Shown here piece after piece: positions 63,578 to 64,000 of a DNA stretch of 64,000 nucleotides. The position numbers and the translations under genes are program-made. The notes below the pieces were generated by a model that made no database searches, was not told where the DNA came from, and saw only the letters and a program-made list of their open reading frames with translations. The DNA comes from Octopus bimaculoides (Eukaryota), in NCBI RefSeq assembly GCF_001194135.2, contig NC_068992.1:48842412-48906411 (forward strand), in the 5' to 3' direction. The first letter of the stretch is position 1, and every line of letters starts with the position of its first letter.

Positions 63578-63826
63578 ATTGAATGAGAGAGCAGTGCATG
63601 CCATCAAAGTGACACTGGGGTAAAATTATACGAAGCCCACTATACCCATCGTGACTGCTCAACTGGTTAAGATCAAACAACTGACAAGCAAATCTGTGGT
63701 AATGAGCAGAATATTTGCAGTAGCCTATCTTTTATACCAAGGCAAAATAATGTACATGATAATACTTCCAACCAATTAAGATCAAAAGCAATGAGAGCCA
63801 GTGCCTGGTACTCCATCAGGGAATTT
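63578..63826 (-). mobile_element. Repeat family C with both termini and a large internal deletion, flanked by (AAT)n
   Basis: 63578-63657 matches 10058-10140; 63658-63826 matches rc of 6781-6950; junction CCAGTTGAGCA|GTCACGATGGG. Confidence 0.85.
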
Positions 63827-64000
63827 ATTATTATTATTATTATTATTGCTATTGTTGTTGCTGTTGTTGTTGTTGTTGTTATTCTGAAAGACTCTCGGAT
63901 TGCGGTGAATGTTGAAGTGGCGCCCGCCGAAACTCACGCTGGACTGCTGTGATGGACTCGTTATTATTCACGTAACTGTCGTAGGCAAACACGCGATGCT

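Overview
This is repeat-rich, AT-rich animal genomic DNA from a draft short-read assembly, with about 6 kb of Ns in about 19 gaps, nearly all flanked by microsatellites. The repeat spectrum suggests an octopod cephalopod such as Octopus (inference only): tRNA-headed SINEs with internal TA/TG tracts, dense (AAT)n, R4/Dong, CR1, Tx1 and Penelope LINE relics, and mariner/Tc1. I found no confidently recognisable host gene; almost every long ORF in the track is a microsatellite or N-gap artefact. All recognisable protein-like segments are decayed transposon fragments: four R4/Dong RLE-type LINE pieces, Tx1/L1, CR1, a CRE-clade piece, two Penelope-like pieces, two mariner and one Tc1-like transposase. 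Most notable is a set of dispersed type I hammerhead ribozyme motifs with palindromic helix III. One is apparently intact (42487-42554, minus). One sits in a 123-nt rod inside a 334-bp direct repeat (16570-16692). Decayed copies lie at about 20.9 kb and 25.4 kb, suggesting Penelope pseudo-LTR or retrozyme-like units. Other highlights: a SINE/CR1-LINE pair sharing a 3' tail with three compensatory base-pair changes, an (AAT)n-targeting R4/Dong plus non-autonomous partner system, a four-layer nested MITE/mariner/SINE insertion, an interstitial telomeric array with variant repeats, and a CRE (TGACGTCA) cluster. Coordinates of decayed repeats are approximate, and family assignments come from motif recognition, not database searches.
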